A stretch of DNA of 36,033 nt from Hyphomicrobiaceae bacterium (GTDB taxonomy: Bacteria > Pseudomonadota > Alphaproteobacteria > Rhizobiales > Hyphomicrobiaceae), in NCBI GenBank assembly GCA_040765305.1, contig JAXGRZ010000001.1, positions 1 through 36,033 on the forward strand. The letters run 5' to 3'. Every line of letters starts with the position of its first letter. Within the stretch, counting starts at the first letter, position 1. Positions 8,438 through 18,328 of the stretch are shown one piece after another. Position numbers and translations under genes: made by a program. The notes below the pieces were generated by a model. It had not been told where the DNA came from, ran no database searches, and saw only the letters and a program-made list of their open reading frames with translations.

Positions 8438-9388
8438 ATGACGACCAAGACAACTGAGACGAAAACCGTCTTCATCGATGGCGAGGCGGGAACGACGGGC
8501 CTGGAGATTCGTGAGCGGTTGGCCGACGCTCGCGACATATCAGTGCGCTCGATCGATCCGGAAAAGCGAAAGGACGCCGCCGCGCGCGCGCACTTGATGC
8601 GCGAGGTCGATCTGGTCGTGCTGTGCCTGCCTGATGATGCAGCAAAAGAAGCCGTTGCGTTGGCCGATCAGCTCGGCAGTCAAGCGCCCAAGATCATCGA
8701 TGCATCCACCGCCCATCGCGTTGCACCGGGCTGGACTTACGGCTTTGCCGAACTCGAAGCAAACCAAGCGCAAGCGATTGCCAAGGCTCATCGCGTTGCC
8801 AACCCCGGATGCTACCCGACCGGCGCCATCGCACTCATTCGCCCGCTCATCGATGCCGGCATGCTGCCCGCCGACTACCCTATCACGGTCAACGCCGTCT
8901 CGGGCTATTCGGGCGGCGGCAAGTCGATGATCGAAGCCTACGAGGTGAAGAAGACCGCGCCATCATTCGAATTGTACGGCCTTGGGCTCGAGCACAAGCA
9001 CGTGCCCGAGTTGCAAAAGTACGCGCGGCTGACACAGCGACCGATCTTCGTGCCCTCCGTTGGTAATTTCAGGCAGGGCATGCTCGTCTCGGTGCCCTTG
9101 CACCTCGACACGCTGCCGACAAGCCCGAGCCTGACGGACATCGAGGAGACGCTTGCCAGGCACTATGCCCGCTCACAGCTGGTCAGCGTCGTGCGCGACG
9201 CATCAACAAGCCTCAAGGGACGCATCAGCGCCGAGGATCTCAACAGCACCGACACGATGCAGCTTGCCGTATTCGGCCATCCCGGACACCGTCAGGCAGT
9301 GCTCGTCGCACGGCTCGACAACCTGGGCAAAGGCGCCTCGGGCGCCGCGGTGCAGAACATCCGCCTGATGCTGGGCCTTGGCGCGTGA
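8438..9388 (+). CDS. argC: N-acetyl-gamma-glutamyl-phosphate reductase (short, type-2 form)
   Basis: 316 aa from the ATG at 8438. Contains VFIDGEAGTTGLEIRERL, VANPGCYPTGAI (catalytic Cys) and DNLGKGASGAAVQN. Confidence 0.93.
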   Translation: MTTKTTETKTVFIDGEAGTTGLEIRERLADARDISVRSIDPEKRKDAAARAHLMREVDLVVLCLPDDAAKEAVALADQLGSQAPKIIDASTAHRVAPGWTYGFAELEANQAQAIAKAHRVANPGCYPTGAIALIRPLIDAGMLPADYPITVNAVSGYSGGGKSMIEAYEVKKTAPSFELYGLGLEHKHVPELQKYARLTQRPIFVPSVGNFRQGMLVSVPLHLDTLPTSPSLTDIEETLARHYARSQLVSVVRDASTSLKGRISAEDLNSTDTMQLAVFGHPGHRQAVLVARLDNLGKGASGAAVQNIRLMLGLGA

Positions 9389-9442
9389 GGCGCAAAAGCG
9401 CCCCACGCCCCCCACACCGCGGGCCCATGCCGATTGCCCAGC

Positions 9443-10546
9443 TCAGCGCCGCGCTGGCGAACAACTGATACGGTGAAGGTGCCAGACCGCGATGACGAAG
9501 ACGACCGCCGCGCCGCCTTGATGCAACAGGCCAAGGCCAATCGGAATCGCGCCCTGCGCCGATACCAGCGTCAAAATGCCAATGCCCATCTGTAAAACGA
9601 TGGCTGTCACCAGCACCGCGGCTGAGCCGATGACGCGCCCATCATCACCGCCACGCAACTGGAAGACGTGCCATAGCGCCAGCAGGCCGACCAGATAGGC
9701 CAACATACGATGGTCAAACTGAACCGTCGTCACATTCTCGAAAACGTTCTCGTACCAAGGGCTCAAGGTGAGCAGTCCGTTGGGAATGATGCGCCCATCC
9801 ATCAGTGGCCAAGTATTATAAGTGAGGCCTGCCTTGAGGCCCGCCACCAACGCACCCAACAACACCTGCAGAAAGAGTACCGCCACCAGGACACGCGCCA
9901 GACCTACCTGGCCTGGTGCTACGGTCTCCAGGTGAATTGTCATATCCCGTGGCCGGGTCTCCTCGGCCAGCCAGACGAGCAGACCGAGAATGAGGAACGC
10001 GGTGCCCAGGTGCAAGGCGAGGCGGTAATGGCTGACGTCAACGCGATCGACGAGACCAGACTTGACCATGTACCAGCCGATCACGCCCTGCAGACCACCC
10101 AGTGCAAGCACGCCGAGCAACTTCAGGTTCATCCCGCGCGGAATCTTGCCAAGCACCCAGAACATGAGCAATGGGAGCGCAAAGGCCAAACCAATGAAGC
10201 GACCCAGAAAGCGATGCGACCATTCCCACCAATAGATAGTCTTGAACGCCTCGAGCGACATGCCCTTGTTGATCTCGTGGTACTCAGGGATCTGCTTGTA
10301 CTTCTCGAAGGCTTCGAGCCAATTTGACTCGCTGAGCGGCGGTATGGCACCGATGATTGGCTGCCACTCGGTAATCGAAAGACCTGAATCAGTCAGACGG
10401 GTGGCACCACCGACGACAATCATGGCAACAACCAACGCGGCTACGGCGTAAAGCCACAGACGTACAGCTCCGGGCGAACCGTGCTGGTCCGTGCCGATAC
10501 CTACTGCGGCGGACCGCGCGGTCGAATATGTTGTCATGGCTCCCAT
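9443..10546 (-). CDS. ctaA: Heme A synthase (COX15/CtaA family)
   Basis: Multi-TM protein with GGATRLTDSGLSITEWQPIIGAIPPLSESNWLEAFEKYKQIPEY and the conserved His-bearing segments (EWSHRFLG, HLGTAF, FDHRMLAY, LLHQGGA). The true start may be the ATG at 10537 (M4). Confidence 0.92.
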   Translation of the reverse strand: MGAMTTYSTARSAAVGIGTDQHGSPGAVRLWLYAVAALVVAMIVVGGATRLTDSGLSITEWQPIIGAIPPLSESNWLEAFEKYKQIPEYHEINKGMSLEAFKTIYWWEWSHRFLGRFIGLAFALPLLMFWVLGKIPRGMNLKLLGVLALGGLQGVIGWYMVKSGLVDRVDVSHYRLALHLGTAFLILGLLVWLAEETRPRDMTIHLETVAPGQVGLARVLVAVLFLQVLLGALVAGLKAGLTYNTWPLMDGRIIPNGLLTLSPWYENVFENVTTVQFDHRMLAYLVGLLALWHVFQLRGGDDGRVIGSAAVLVTAIVLQMGIGILTLVSAQGAIPIGLGLLHQGGAAVVFVIAVWHLHRISCSPARR

Positions 10547-10678
10547 ATCCTTGCGTTTATCTGGGTTGTCTGATTAACGGGCGTCAGCGCGCCAATCAAT
10601 GGGCAACCAGACAAACCTTAGCCTACCGGCAGATTTCCAGCCGGATCGCCGCACCAAGGACAATATACCGGAGGACTT

Positions 10679-10906
10679 ATGACGATCCGCACCCGCAAAT
10701 TCGTCGGCACAATTGTATTGCTGCTGGTTATCGTCGTCTATGCCCTGCTGGCACTTGCCGTAGCGATCGTCCTGCAGGTCCATCAGGCGTCAAAGCTCAT
10801 CGAACTCGCCTATTATGTGGTCGCCGGCCTGTTATGGGTGCTGCCCGCCGGAGCCGTCATCAGCTGGATGTCGCGCGGCGGCCCGCCCCGGCCTCAACAA
10901 AAATAA
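10679..10906 (+). CDS. DUF2842-type small two-TM membrane protein
   Basis: 75 aa with GGAGG 5 nt upstream of the ATG and two hydrophobic helices. It lies divergent from ctaA, as is usual for this family in Alphaproteobacteria. Confidence 0.75.
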   Translation: MTIRTRKFVGTIVLLLVIVVYALLALAVAIVLQVHQASKLIELAYYVVAGLLWVLPAGAVISWMSRGGPPRPQQK

Positions 10907-10926
10907 GGTTGTTGTTGCACACCGCC

Positions 10927-12054
10927 TCAGATCGTTGCATCTGCTTCAGGTACACGGCTACGGCTCAGTTTGTTCCAGAGACGAAATGGCAATCCCGAAA
11001 GCAGGACCTTGATATGGCGCAGGTCCTGATAGTCGCCGTTCAGCGAGAAGCGGGGTAGCTGCGTGAGACTTTCCCTGTGTCCTGCGTCGATCTGGCCTTT
11101 TCGCGTGGTAACGGCCGTCTTCAATCCCAGTTCTCGCGCCAGTTCGAAGTCCCGCTCACCGGCACTGTTGGCGCATCCGTAAGGGTAGCTGAAGTGCTGG
11201 CAAGGACGATTGAGCTCTTGTTCGATGCGGGCGATGGAGGCCTTCATCTCGTGGTGCGCGCTGGCCCGGTCGAGCTTGGCCACAGCATAGTGGCCAAGGG
11301 TATGCGCACCGATCGTCACCAGGGGATCGGCGGCCAGTGTGCGCACTTCATCCCAGTTCATGATCAATTCGCGGCACAGCGCATCGCTGTCGTAGCCTCG
11401 CGCGGCTGCCAATTCGCCAACCACCTTGCGTGCCTCTTTCTCCGGAAGGCTGCGCAACCACCAGTAGATCTGCGAATGGGCCGTCTTCTTGCTGGCGATG
11501 GTGGCGGTATCGTAATGGTGTTCGCAACCATCCTTGCGCACGCTCACGCGTTCAGAATTTGCGATCACCCGTTCCAACATTAACCACCACAGATCACCCT
11601 TGCCATCCATGTAATCGGTCGGCAAATAGACGGTGAACGGTGCACTGTAGCGCCTGAATACCGGCAGCGCATAGTGGAGATTATCGCGGTAACCATCGTC
11701 CAGCGTAAATACTGCAAACGGACGTTCACCCCCACCACGCGCAAGACGCTCAGGCACCTCGTCGATCGACAGCAGATCAAAACCAGCCTCGACGACCAAG
11801 CGGATGACTTTGTCGAGGAATTCGGGCGTCACCTTGAGGATGCGGTTGGGCTCGAAGGGCTGCACCGGCTCGGGCGTTACCCGATGCAGCATGAAAATCA
11901 CTCCCTCACCGCGCGTGAACGGTGCAGCAATCTCGTACACCCCTGAATAATAAAGAGTGGACAAGGTTGCTTTCAGGATCTGGGCTGAAAAGCGTGTCTT
12001 TAACAACGTCAATACCACCGCTTCGCGCGTATGAAACCAATTTGGCACGATCAT
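10927..12054 (-). CDS. Polysaccharide deacetylase (NodB-homology) family protein
   Basis: Contains FTLDDGYRDNLHYALPVFRRYSAPFTVYLPTDY and IGAHTLGHY (NodB motifs). The start is uncertain. The ORF opens at a TTG (12147), and the first ATG (12054) is chosen here. Confidence 0.85.
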   Translation of the reverse strand: MIVPNWFHTREAVVLTLLKTRFSAQILKATLSTLYYSGVYEIAAPFTRGEGVIFMLHRVTPEPVQPFEPNRILKVTPEFLDKVIRLVVEAGFDLLSIDEVPERLARGGGERPFAVFTLDDGYRDNLHYALPVFRRYSAPFTVYLPTDYMDGKGDLWWLMLERVIANSERVSVRKDGCEHHYDTATIASKKTAHSQIYWWLRSLPEKEARKVVGELAAARGYDSDALCRELIMNWDEVRTLAADPLVTIGAHTLGHYAVAKLDRASAHHEMKASIARIEQELNRPCQHFSYPYGCANSAGERDFELARELGLKTAVTTRKGQIDAGHRESLTQLPRFSLNGDYQDLRHIKVLLSGLPFRLWNKLSRSRVPEADATI

Positions 12055-12177
12055 ATGCAATGACCATGCGTTCTGCTGCCTCCATGGCGCTTCGATGAGC
12101 CATATGGTTAAGGAAGCGTTAACACATTGGCTACTGAAGAGGCACAACAGTCTCGCTCGCTGCGCGATTGTGGTGCC

Positions 12178-14451
12178 TCAGATCCTGGCTCCAGCTCCCG
12201 CAGCAAGGCCTCGACGCACGTAGCGATGCGCCCCTGCAGGATTGTCGCTGGTCCGGTTGAACCGCACCAGCGTGATGTCCGCAACCTCGAAACCGAGGAA
12301 TGTGCCGGGCGCATCAGAGGGTGGCACCATGCTGCCTGACCCGGCCGCTACGGTAACACCGGCATCAAAGCGGCCCTGTATCGCCTCAAAGAGGGCGCGC
12401 GCAGCGCCTGGTTTCGCAACAACGATGATCTGTTCGTAGGCTTCATCGAGAGCATCGAGCAGCAAATTGAGCTTTTCTGGATCAAGCACCTGTTGGAGCG
12501 TGTCTGAGCCCAGAGCGCCACCGCAAGGGACGACATGAACCTGGCTGCCCGGAAGATTGCCGATCACGTTCTCAAAACTCGCAGTGCCCCGCGCCAGATC
12601 GTTGAAACCGGGCACGGCGTTAAGACCGATGCGGCGACAAAAACCCGTTCCATCCATGCTCCAGTCGATGACAACAGTCTGCTGGCCTTCACGGGCTAAC
12701 TCTTCAGCAAGGTTCAAGCCTTCCAGACTCGGATCTATTGTGTTGGCCGTACTGGTAATGAGCGAGCGCACACCACCAGCGTGAGGTGCATGTGCGCGGA
12801 TATGACGTGCAAGCCTTTGAACGGAAGCAATCTCTATAATCCCCGTGCGATCATTCGGGGCGCGCCAACCATTGCTTTCGACATCCCGGTTCAAGGACGC
12901 AGGCAGGGGTGGAGGCACGTGAACTCCACCAGCGTTGGCCGACAATCTATCAATGGCAACGCCACTCGTCGGCGGTCTGGCCACAAGTTCATGCTCCGAA
13001 CCCCGCTCGGAACCCAGGCGCATCGGCTGGAGTCCGCCGCCATGAGCGCGGGCCGCAGAAAGCAAAGCGCGTGTGACCACCCATGCCGTACCGAACAGGA
13101 GGGTTGCGAAGGCGACAAGCGCCGTCACTGGAATCTTCTTTGGAAACACGGGCACGCTCGATGGCATGGCCTTGGACAGGATCTTGACCTCGACGGGAAC
13201 AACACGCGTGCGCGTTTTCAGCTTGGCCTGTTCGAGATCCTTCAGCGCCCGAGCCAGTTCGTTCTGCTTGGACGTCGCAACCTCCTCCAACCGACGCAGC
13301 TCGACCCTGCCACTTGAGCGATTGGTTTCCTCCGCCTTGATCTCGGCAAGGCTCTTGGAAATCGATGCTTCGCGCAGGGCCGCAACCTTGGCCTCTTTTT
13401 CAAGGCTTTCGACAAGCTTGGAAATCTCGCCCCGCAACTGCTTTTTCAGCCCATCGAGATCAGCACTCAGCTGGCGCATGCGCGGGTGCCGTGGAAGAAG
13501 CGTGGCGGAAAGCTCGGAGATCTGGCGTTCAAGCGTGACGCGCTGCTGAACGAGAGCCTGGATGAGAGGAGATTTTTGCGCATCGGGCAAGGCATCGGCA
13601 GTGCCCGCGTTCATCAATTCGCGCGCTGATCGCGCGCGAGCCTCGATCTCGCTACGGGCCGCCTTAGCCTTGGTCAGCTCAGCCGTCAATTCGCCCAGCT
13701 GCTGCTCGGGCAGACCGACCTTGGATTGCCCCCCTTTGAACAGATCGTTCTCGCTCTTGAACTGCTCAACGGCAAATTGGGCTTCAGATACGTCCTTGCC
13801 GAGCCGCTTGATCTTCTCCTCCATCACCTCCTGCACCTGACCGATCTCATCAACGGTCTTCTCAGCCAGTGAGGCGCGATAAGCGCTGGCAAGGTGGTTG
13901 GCGATCTCGGCGGCCAGATCACTATCAGAGGAGGTAAAACGCACGCCAATAAAACGACTTTCCTTGGCGGCATAAACTTCCAGGCGCTTGTTAAAGTAAT
14001 TCAGCACGCGATCGTGCTCACTCTCGCCAGGTCGCGGGCCCGACAGACCGATAGCGCGTAACAAAGAGCCTAAGCGGTCCGTGCTGCCAAGAGAACTGTT
14101 GAACTCGGGCAATGTCGCAAGTTTCAACTCGTCGGCGACACGTTGGGCGAGTTCCGGCGACTTCAAGGCACGAACGTGCGTGTTAACGGCGGCCGGATCG
14201 ACAAGCACATTAACGCTTTCGGAACTGCGCGATCCATCTGTTGAATCGGTAAATGGATTAGAGGCGTTCTTGACCGCGACCGTCAGCTGCGCCTCGGACA
14301 TGTATTGCGGCGCCATCATCGACAGAACAGCATATGTAAGGCCACCGCTCACCATGGCCGCCAAGACAAGCCATCTGCCGCTGCGGCGCAGCGAGCCCCA
14401 GATGCTCGTGATGTCGATATCGTCGGGAGACGCCTTGGTCGTGCCGCGCAT
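12178..14451 (-). CDS. Polysaccharide co-polymerase / chain-length determinant (ExoP/GumC/Wzc-like) with a degenerate C-terminal kinase-like domain
   Basis: 757 aa. Has an N-terminal Wzz-type region with TM1 (WLVLAAMVSGGLTYAVLSMM), a long coiled-coil periplasmic segment and TM2 (VTALVAFATLLFGTAWVVTRALL). The C-terminal ~230 aa has a MinD/BY-kinase-like layout but no GxxxxGK[ST]. Confidence 0.88.
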   Translation of the reverse strand: MRGTTKASPDDIDITSIWGSLRRSGRWLVLAAMVSGGLTYAVLSMMAPQYMSEAQLTVAVKNASNPFTDSTDGSRSSESVNVLVDPAAVNTHVRALKSPELAQRVADELKLATLPEFNSSLGSTDRLGSLLRAIGLSGPRPGESEHDRVLNYFNKRLEVYAAKESRFIGVRFTSSDSDLAAEIANHLASAYRASLAEKTVDEIGQVQEVMEEKIKRLGKDVSEAQFAVEQFKSENDLFKGGQSKVGLPEQQLGELTAELTKAKAARSEIEARARSARELMNAGTADALPDAQKSPLIQALVQQRVTLERQISELSATLLPRHPRMRQLSADLDGLKKQLRGEISKLVESLEKEAKVAALREASISKSLAEIKAEETNRSSGRVELRRLEEVATSKQNELARALKDLEQAKLKTRTRVVPVEVKILSKAMPSSVPVFPKKIPVTALVAFATLLFGTAWVVTRALLSAARAHGGGLQPMRLGSERGSEHELVARPPTSGVAIDRLSANAGGVHVPPPLPASLNRDVESNGWRAPNDRTGIIEIASVQRLARHIRAHAPHAGGVRSLITSTANTIDPSLEGLNLAEELAREGQQTVVIDWSMDGTGFCRRIGLNAVPGFNDLARGTASFENVIGNLPGSQVHVVPCGGALGSDTLQQVLDPEKLNLLLDALDEAYEQIIVVAKPGAARALFEAIQGRFDAGVTVAAGSGSMVPPSDAPGTFLGFEVADITLVRFNRTSDNPAGAHRYVRRGLAAGAGARI

Positions 14452-14620
14452 TGTCCGCTCGCAAGAACTACTAAGCCATGTCCCAGATTAGAGCGATTGC
14501 AGGTAAGCAATTACTTAACCAGCGCGCCTGTCCCAGAAATATACCCGCACTCAGTAATTCTTAACCTTGCCGCCGTTAGATGGACGAAATACGTCCAACC
14601 CATCAACAAAGGGGCGCGCT

Positions 14621-15343
14621 ATGTTTGTCCGTTGCGTTGCGATTCCCGTACTTGCTGCGCTGTTTGCATCTGGTTGCGCACGCAACGAGGGGTTTTTCGA
14701 CGCCGACGGCGCCATTTTCGCTACCTCCAGCTCGCAGATTGCTCAACGCACAGGCGCCGCTGAAGATGCTTATCCAAGGCCGCACCCGCCGCCTGTGATC
14801 ACGGTTGCTGAGCATTCTTCAAGCGGCGAACCGGCCAATCCGCCGATGCTGCCGCCTGGTCCCCAGGCCGTTGCTGAAAGCGATGGTCCCTACCTGCTCG
14901 ACTCGGGCGACAAGCTGCGTATCTTCGTCTACGGCCAGCCTAATCTTTCGCGAATCTATACCGTCGATCACGCTGGCATGATCACCGTACCCCTGATTGG
15001 CGCGGTCAAGGCGCGGGGCCTTACCACATTCGATCTTGAGGGGGTCATTCGCCGACGCCTCGGTTCGGAGTACGTGCGCAATCCGCAAGTCACCGTCGAC
15101 ATGCAGCAAAACCGCCCGTTCTTCATCCTTGGCGAGGTGCGCAACTCCGGTCAGTACCCGTACGTTTCGGGCATGACGGTTCAAACGGCGATTGCGATTG
15201 CTGGGGGATATACTGAGCGCGCCAGCGAGCGCACCTTCCGCATCACACGGCGGATCAATGGATACGTCGAGCAGATTGAGGCACCATCAGACTACGTCGT
15301 TAAGCCGGGCGATACTATTTTCGTCTACGAACGGTTCTTGTGA
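14621..15343 (+). CDS. Polysaccharide export outer-membrane lipoprotein (Wza/ExoF/GumB, OPX family)
   Basis: The ATG at 14621 gives MFVRCVAIPVLAALFASGC (lipobox). Poly_export/SLBB motifs are present (GDKLRIFVYGQPNLSRIYTVDHAGMITVPLIG, FFILGEVRNSGQYPY, KPGDTIFV). Confidence 0.9.
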   Translation: MFVRCVAIPVLAALFASGCARNEGFFDADGAIFATSSSQIAQRTGAAEDAYPRPHPPPVITVAEHSSSGEPANPPMLPPGPQAVAESDGPYLLDSGDKLRIFVYGQPNLSRIYTVDHAGMITVPLIGAVKARGLTTFDLEGVIRRRLGSEYVRNPQVTVDMQQNRPFFILGEVRNSGQYPYVSGMTVQTAIAIAGGYTERASERTFRITRRINGYVEQIEAPSDYVVKPGDTIFVYERFL

Positions 15344-15401
15344 GTCCACTGTGGTTCACAAAACCTCGCAGCTGCCCGCAGCGTTGGCGATTTGAACGAC
15401 G

Positions 15402-16535
15402 ATGACCACTTCTCTCAACATTCTCCATGTCCTGCGAGCGCCCGTCGGCGGACTATTCCGCCACGTTGCCGATCTGGCGCGTGCACAAGGTGCATCAGGC
15501 CATCGAGTCGGGGTGATCTGCTGCGCCCAAGCCGGTGACGGACTAACCGAAAGCCGACTGGCAGCACTCCAGGGCGACCTCGAACTGGGTCTGTTACGCG
15601 TTCCCATGGCACGTGACATCGATCCCAGGGACTTTACGGCAACGCGTGCAACCCACCTGCATGCCCGCAAGCTCGGCGTGGATGTGTTGCATGGGCACGG
15701 CGCCAAGGGCGGCGCCTATGCGCGGCTGGCGGCGGCTCGATTAAAGCGCAACGGCACCCGCGTGATCTCTGTCTATACCCCGCACGGCGGCTCACTCCAC
15801 TACGCTCCCAGTTCCCTCAAGGGACGCGTGTTCATGGCGCTCGAACGCCACCTTGCACACAACACTGATGGTATCGTTTTCGAAAGCGCCTATTCATCAC
15901 GGATCTATGCCCAAAACGTCGCCCCAGCCCGTAATATCGCGACACGGATCATTCCCAACGGAGTCGGCCCGGAAGAGTTTGTCGCCGTGGCAAGCGCTGA
16001 AAATGCCGCCGACTTCGTCTTCGTCGGCGAACTGCGCCGCCTCAAAGGTGTCGATCTGCTGCTCGAAGCGCTGGCCGCCATTGACGAGCCCAAACCGCCA
16101 ACCGCAGTGATCGTCGGCGAGGGGCCCGACGCAGCATCCTTCAAGGCGCAAGCACAAACGCTCGGGCTCATGGGACGCGTCCAATTCCCCGGAGCCATGC
16201 CCGCTGCGCAGGCGTTTACCTTAGGGCGCTCGCTGGTCATGCCCTCGCGTGCAGAGAGTTTCCCCTACATCGTTCTGGAGGCGGGCGCGGCTTGCCTGCC
16301 AATGATCGCAACATCAGTGGGCGGGATTCCCGAAATCGCACACACCAGCACCATGCCGCTTGTTCCACCCGAGAACGCGACTGCGCTTGCTGCTGCCATG
16401 CGCCGCCATCTTGTCGATCGTGCAGGCGTGATGGCGCAGGCCCGCAGCCTACAGAGCGTCATCATGGACCGGTTTACAACGGCAAAAATGAGCGCAGATG
16501 TGCTCTCGTTCTACGACGACCTTCGATGCCGTTAA
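15402..16535 (+). CDS. Glycosyltransferase family 4 (GT-B fold)
   Basis: 377 aa. Begins ILHVLRAPVGGLFRHVADLA, and has a C-terminal E-x7-E region (PSRAESFPYIVLEAGAACLPMIATSVGGIPE). Confidence 0.88.
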   Translation: MTTSLNILHVLRAPVGGLFRHVADLARAQGASGHRVGVICCAQAGDGLTESRLAALQGDLELGLLRVPMARDIDPRDFTATRATHLHARKLGVDVLHGHGAKGGAYARLAAARLKRNGTRVISVYTPHGGSLHYAPSSLKGRVFMALERHLAHNTDGIVFESAYSSRIYAQNVAPARNIATRIIPNGVGPEEFVAVASAENAADFVFVGELRRLKGVDLLLEALAAIDEPKPPTAVIVGEGPDAASFKAQAQTLGLMGRVQFPGAMPAAQAFTLGRSLVMPSRAESFPYIVLEAGAACLPMIATSVGGIPEIAHTSTMPLVPPENATALAAAMRRHLVDRAGVMAQARSLQSVIMDRFTTAKMSADVLSFYDDLRCR

Positions 16536-16650
16536 CCGCTGCTTTAGGTTAACGACAAGTCCCCCCGGTCGTGATCAACCGCCCTTATGCTTATGGCATG
16601 TTCAATGCTTGCAAATCGCTTCACGAGAAAGTGGAGCGTGAACAAAGAGC

Positions 16651-18180
16651 ATGTCGAACAAACAAATAGCCGCAAGAACCGGCACCGAAGATGAAAGTGG
16701 CAACTTTTCTCGTGTTTTCCTGACGGAAAGGATGCCGCCCCTGGCCGACTTCCAGCTGGGCAACCGCGCCAGCCTCATATCGCCGGCGGTTCTGGCGGCA
16801 GCCACGCGCGGCTTCGAATTCCTGCTTACCGCGATCATCGGATTTGCCATTGCCCTCATCTATGTCGATGAGCCGGCCTTGTTGACGAGAACCGCTTATC
16901 CCGCCGTGATCGTTTCGTTGAGCATCACAACGCTCATCACATTTGAGCTTCTGGGCCTTTACACCACATCCGCACTCTCCTCGATCATGCGCCAGATGCC
17001 GCGGGTGGCAATGGGCTGGACGGCAGCCTTTGCGGCACTTCTCGTCGCCATTTTCTTCATGAAGCTCGGCCAAGATTTCTCACGCGGCTGGCTTGCGGTC
17101 TGGTTCGTCTCGGGCGGCATGGCTCTGCTCGCCTCGCGCCTCGTTCTTTCACGTCTCATCCGCCGCTGGGCGAAAGAGGGCCGCCTCTATCGGCGTGCCG
17201 TCATCTACGGGAGCGGAGCAGCGGCCGAACAGTTGATCAACGAACTCGAAGCCAAGGCCGCCGGTGAAATCCGCATCTCAGGTGTCTTCGACGAGCGCGA
17301 CGACGAGCGGTGCGCCGCCATGATCTCGGGCTATCCACGCCTTGGTGGACTCACCCAGCTTGTCGACTACTGCCGCAAAACCCGCATCGATCTGGCGATC
17401 GTCGCCTTGCCGATCACCGCGGAAAGCCGCCTGGCCCAGCTGATGAAGCAAATCTCGGTTCTGCCGGTGGACATCAAACTGCCTGCCGCGGCAACCTCGT
17501 TGCGCTTCAGCCCACGCACCTACTCGCGCATCGGCGAGGTCGCGATGATCGATCTTCACGACACGCCGATTACTGATTGGGGCCGTGTCTCGAAATGGAT
17601 GTTCGACAAGGTCACCGGCGGTCTGGCGCTGGTTCTGCTGGCCCCCGTCATGGCAATGGTGGCCGTGGCCATTAAGCTCGACAGCCGCGGCCCGGTGTTC
17701 TTTCGCCAGAAGCGCTACGGGTTCAACAATGAGCTGATCGAGGTCTATAAATTCCGCTCAATGTATGTTGAGGGCTGCGATGCCACCGCATCCAAGCTCG
17801 TCACCAAGGACGATCCGCGCGTCACCAAAGTCGGACGCTTCATCCGCAAGACGAGCCTCGACGAGTTGCCCCAGCTCATCAACGTGCTCAAGGGAAATCT
17901 CTCGCTTGTCGGGCCGCGCCCCCATGCGCTGCACGCAAAGGCCGCCAACCAGCTCTACGACGAGGCCGTCGAAGGCTACTTCGCCCGCCACAAGGTCAAG
18001 CCCGGCATCACCGGCTGGGCGCAGATCAACGGCTGGCGCGGCGAAACGGACACGCACGAGAAAATCCAGAAGCGTGTGGAGTGTGACCTTTATTATATCG
18101 AGAACTGGTCGGTCTTCTTCGATCTTTATATCCTGCTGAAGACGCCATTCGCTCTGCTCAAGTCCGAAAACGCATATTGA
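16651..18180 (+). CDS. Undecaprenyl-phosphate hexose-1-phosphate transferase (WbaP/WcaJ/ExoY-type priming sugar transferase)
   Basis: 509 aa with an N-terminal multi-TM domain, a central Rossmann-like region and a C-terminal bacterial sugar transferase domain (KFRSM, DPRVTKVGRFIRKTSLDELPQLINVLKGNLSLVGPRPH, KPGITGWAQINGWRG). Confidence 0.92.
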   Translation: MSNKQIAARTGTEDESGNFSRVFLTERMPPLADFQLGNRASLISPAVLAAATRGFEFLLTAIIGFAIALIYVDEPALLTRTAYPAVIVSLSITTLITFELLGLYTTSALSSIMRQMPRVAMGWTAAFAALLVAIFFMKLGQDFSRGWLAVWFVSGGMALLASRLVLSRLIRRWAKEGRLYRRAVIYGSGAAAEQLINELEAKAAGEIRISGVFDERDDERCAAMISGYPRLGGLTQLVDYCRKTRIDLAIVALPITAESRLAQLMKQISVLPVDIKLPAAATSLRFSPRTYSRIGEVAMIDLHDTPITDWGRVSKWMFDKVTGGLALVLLAPVMAMVAVAIKLDSRGPVFFRQKRYGFNNELIEVYKFRSMYVEGCDATASKLVTKDDPRVTKVGRFIRKTSLDELPQLINVLKGNLSLVGPRPHALHAKAANQLYDEAVEGYFARHKVKPGITGWAQINGWRGETDTHEKIQKRVECDLYYIENWSVFFDLYILLKTPFALLKSENAY

Positions 18181-18218
18181 AGCGGCTGGACACGTTTACC
18201 ATCTGCACTGATACCTAC

Positions 18219-18245
18219 AAAACGCCACCGGCCTGGTGGCGTTTT
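18219..18245 (+). terminator. Probable intrinsic terminator after the priming transferase gene
   Basis: aaaacgccacc-ggcct-ggtggcgtttt forms an 11-bp stem whose 3' arm ends in TTTT. It lies 39 nt after the stop. Confidence 0.55.
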
Positions 18246-18328
18246 GCCATGTATGACACCTCGGTGTGGATTTGCGGCCGGCGGCACGTCCCTTGCTAGA
18301 TGATCGGCACGTCCACGCGAGGGTAACG

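Noticed and set aside
7656-8438. 260-aa plus-strand ORF in an alternative frame of the TerC-family gene
   Set aside because: The product is Arg/Gly/His/Pro-rich. The TerC frame shows TM helices and both DN-motif repeats.
9389-9402. Hairpin GGCGC-aaaa-GCGCC between convergent argC and ctaA as a bidirectional terminator
   Set aside because: It has only a 5-bp stem and no flanking U/A tracts, which is too weak to call.
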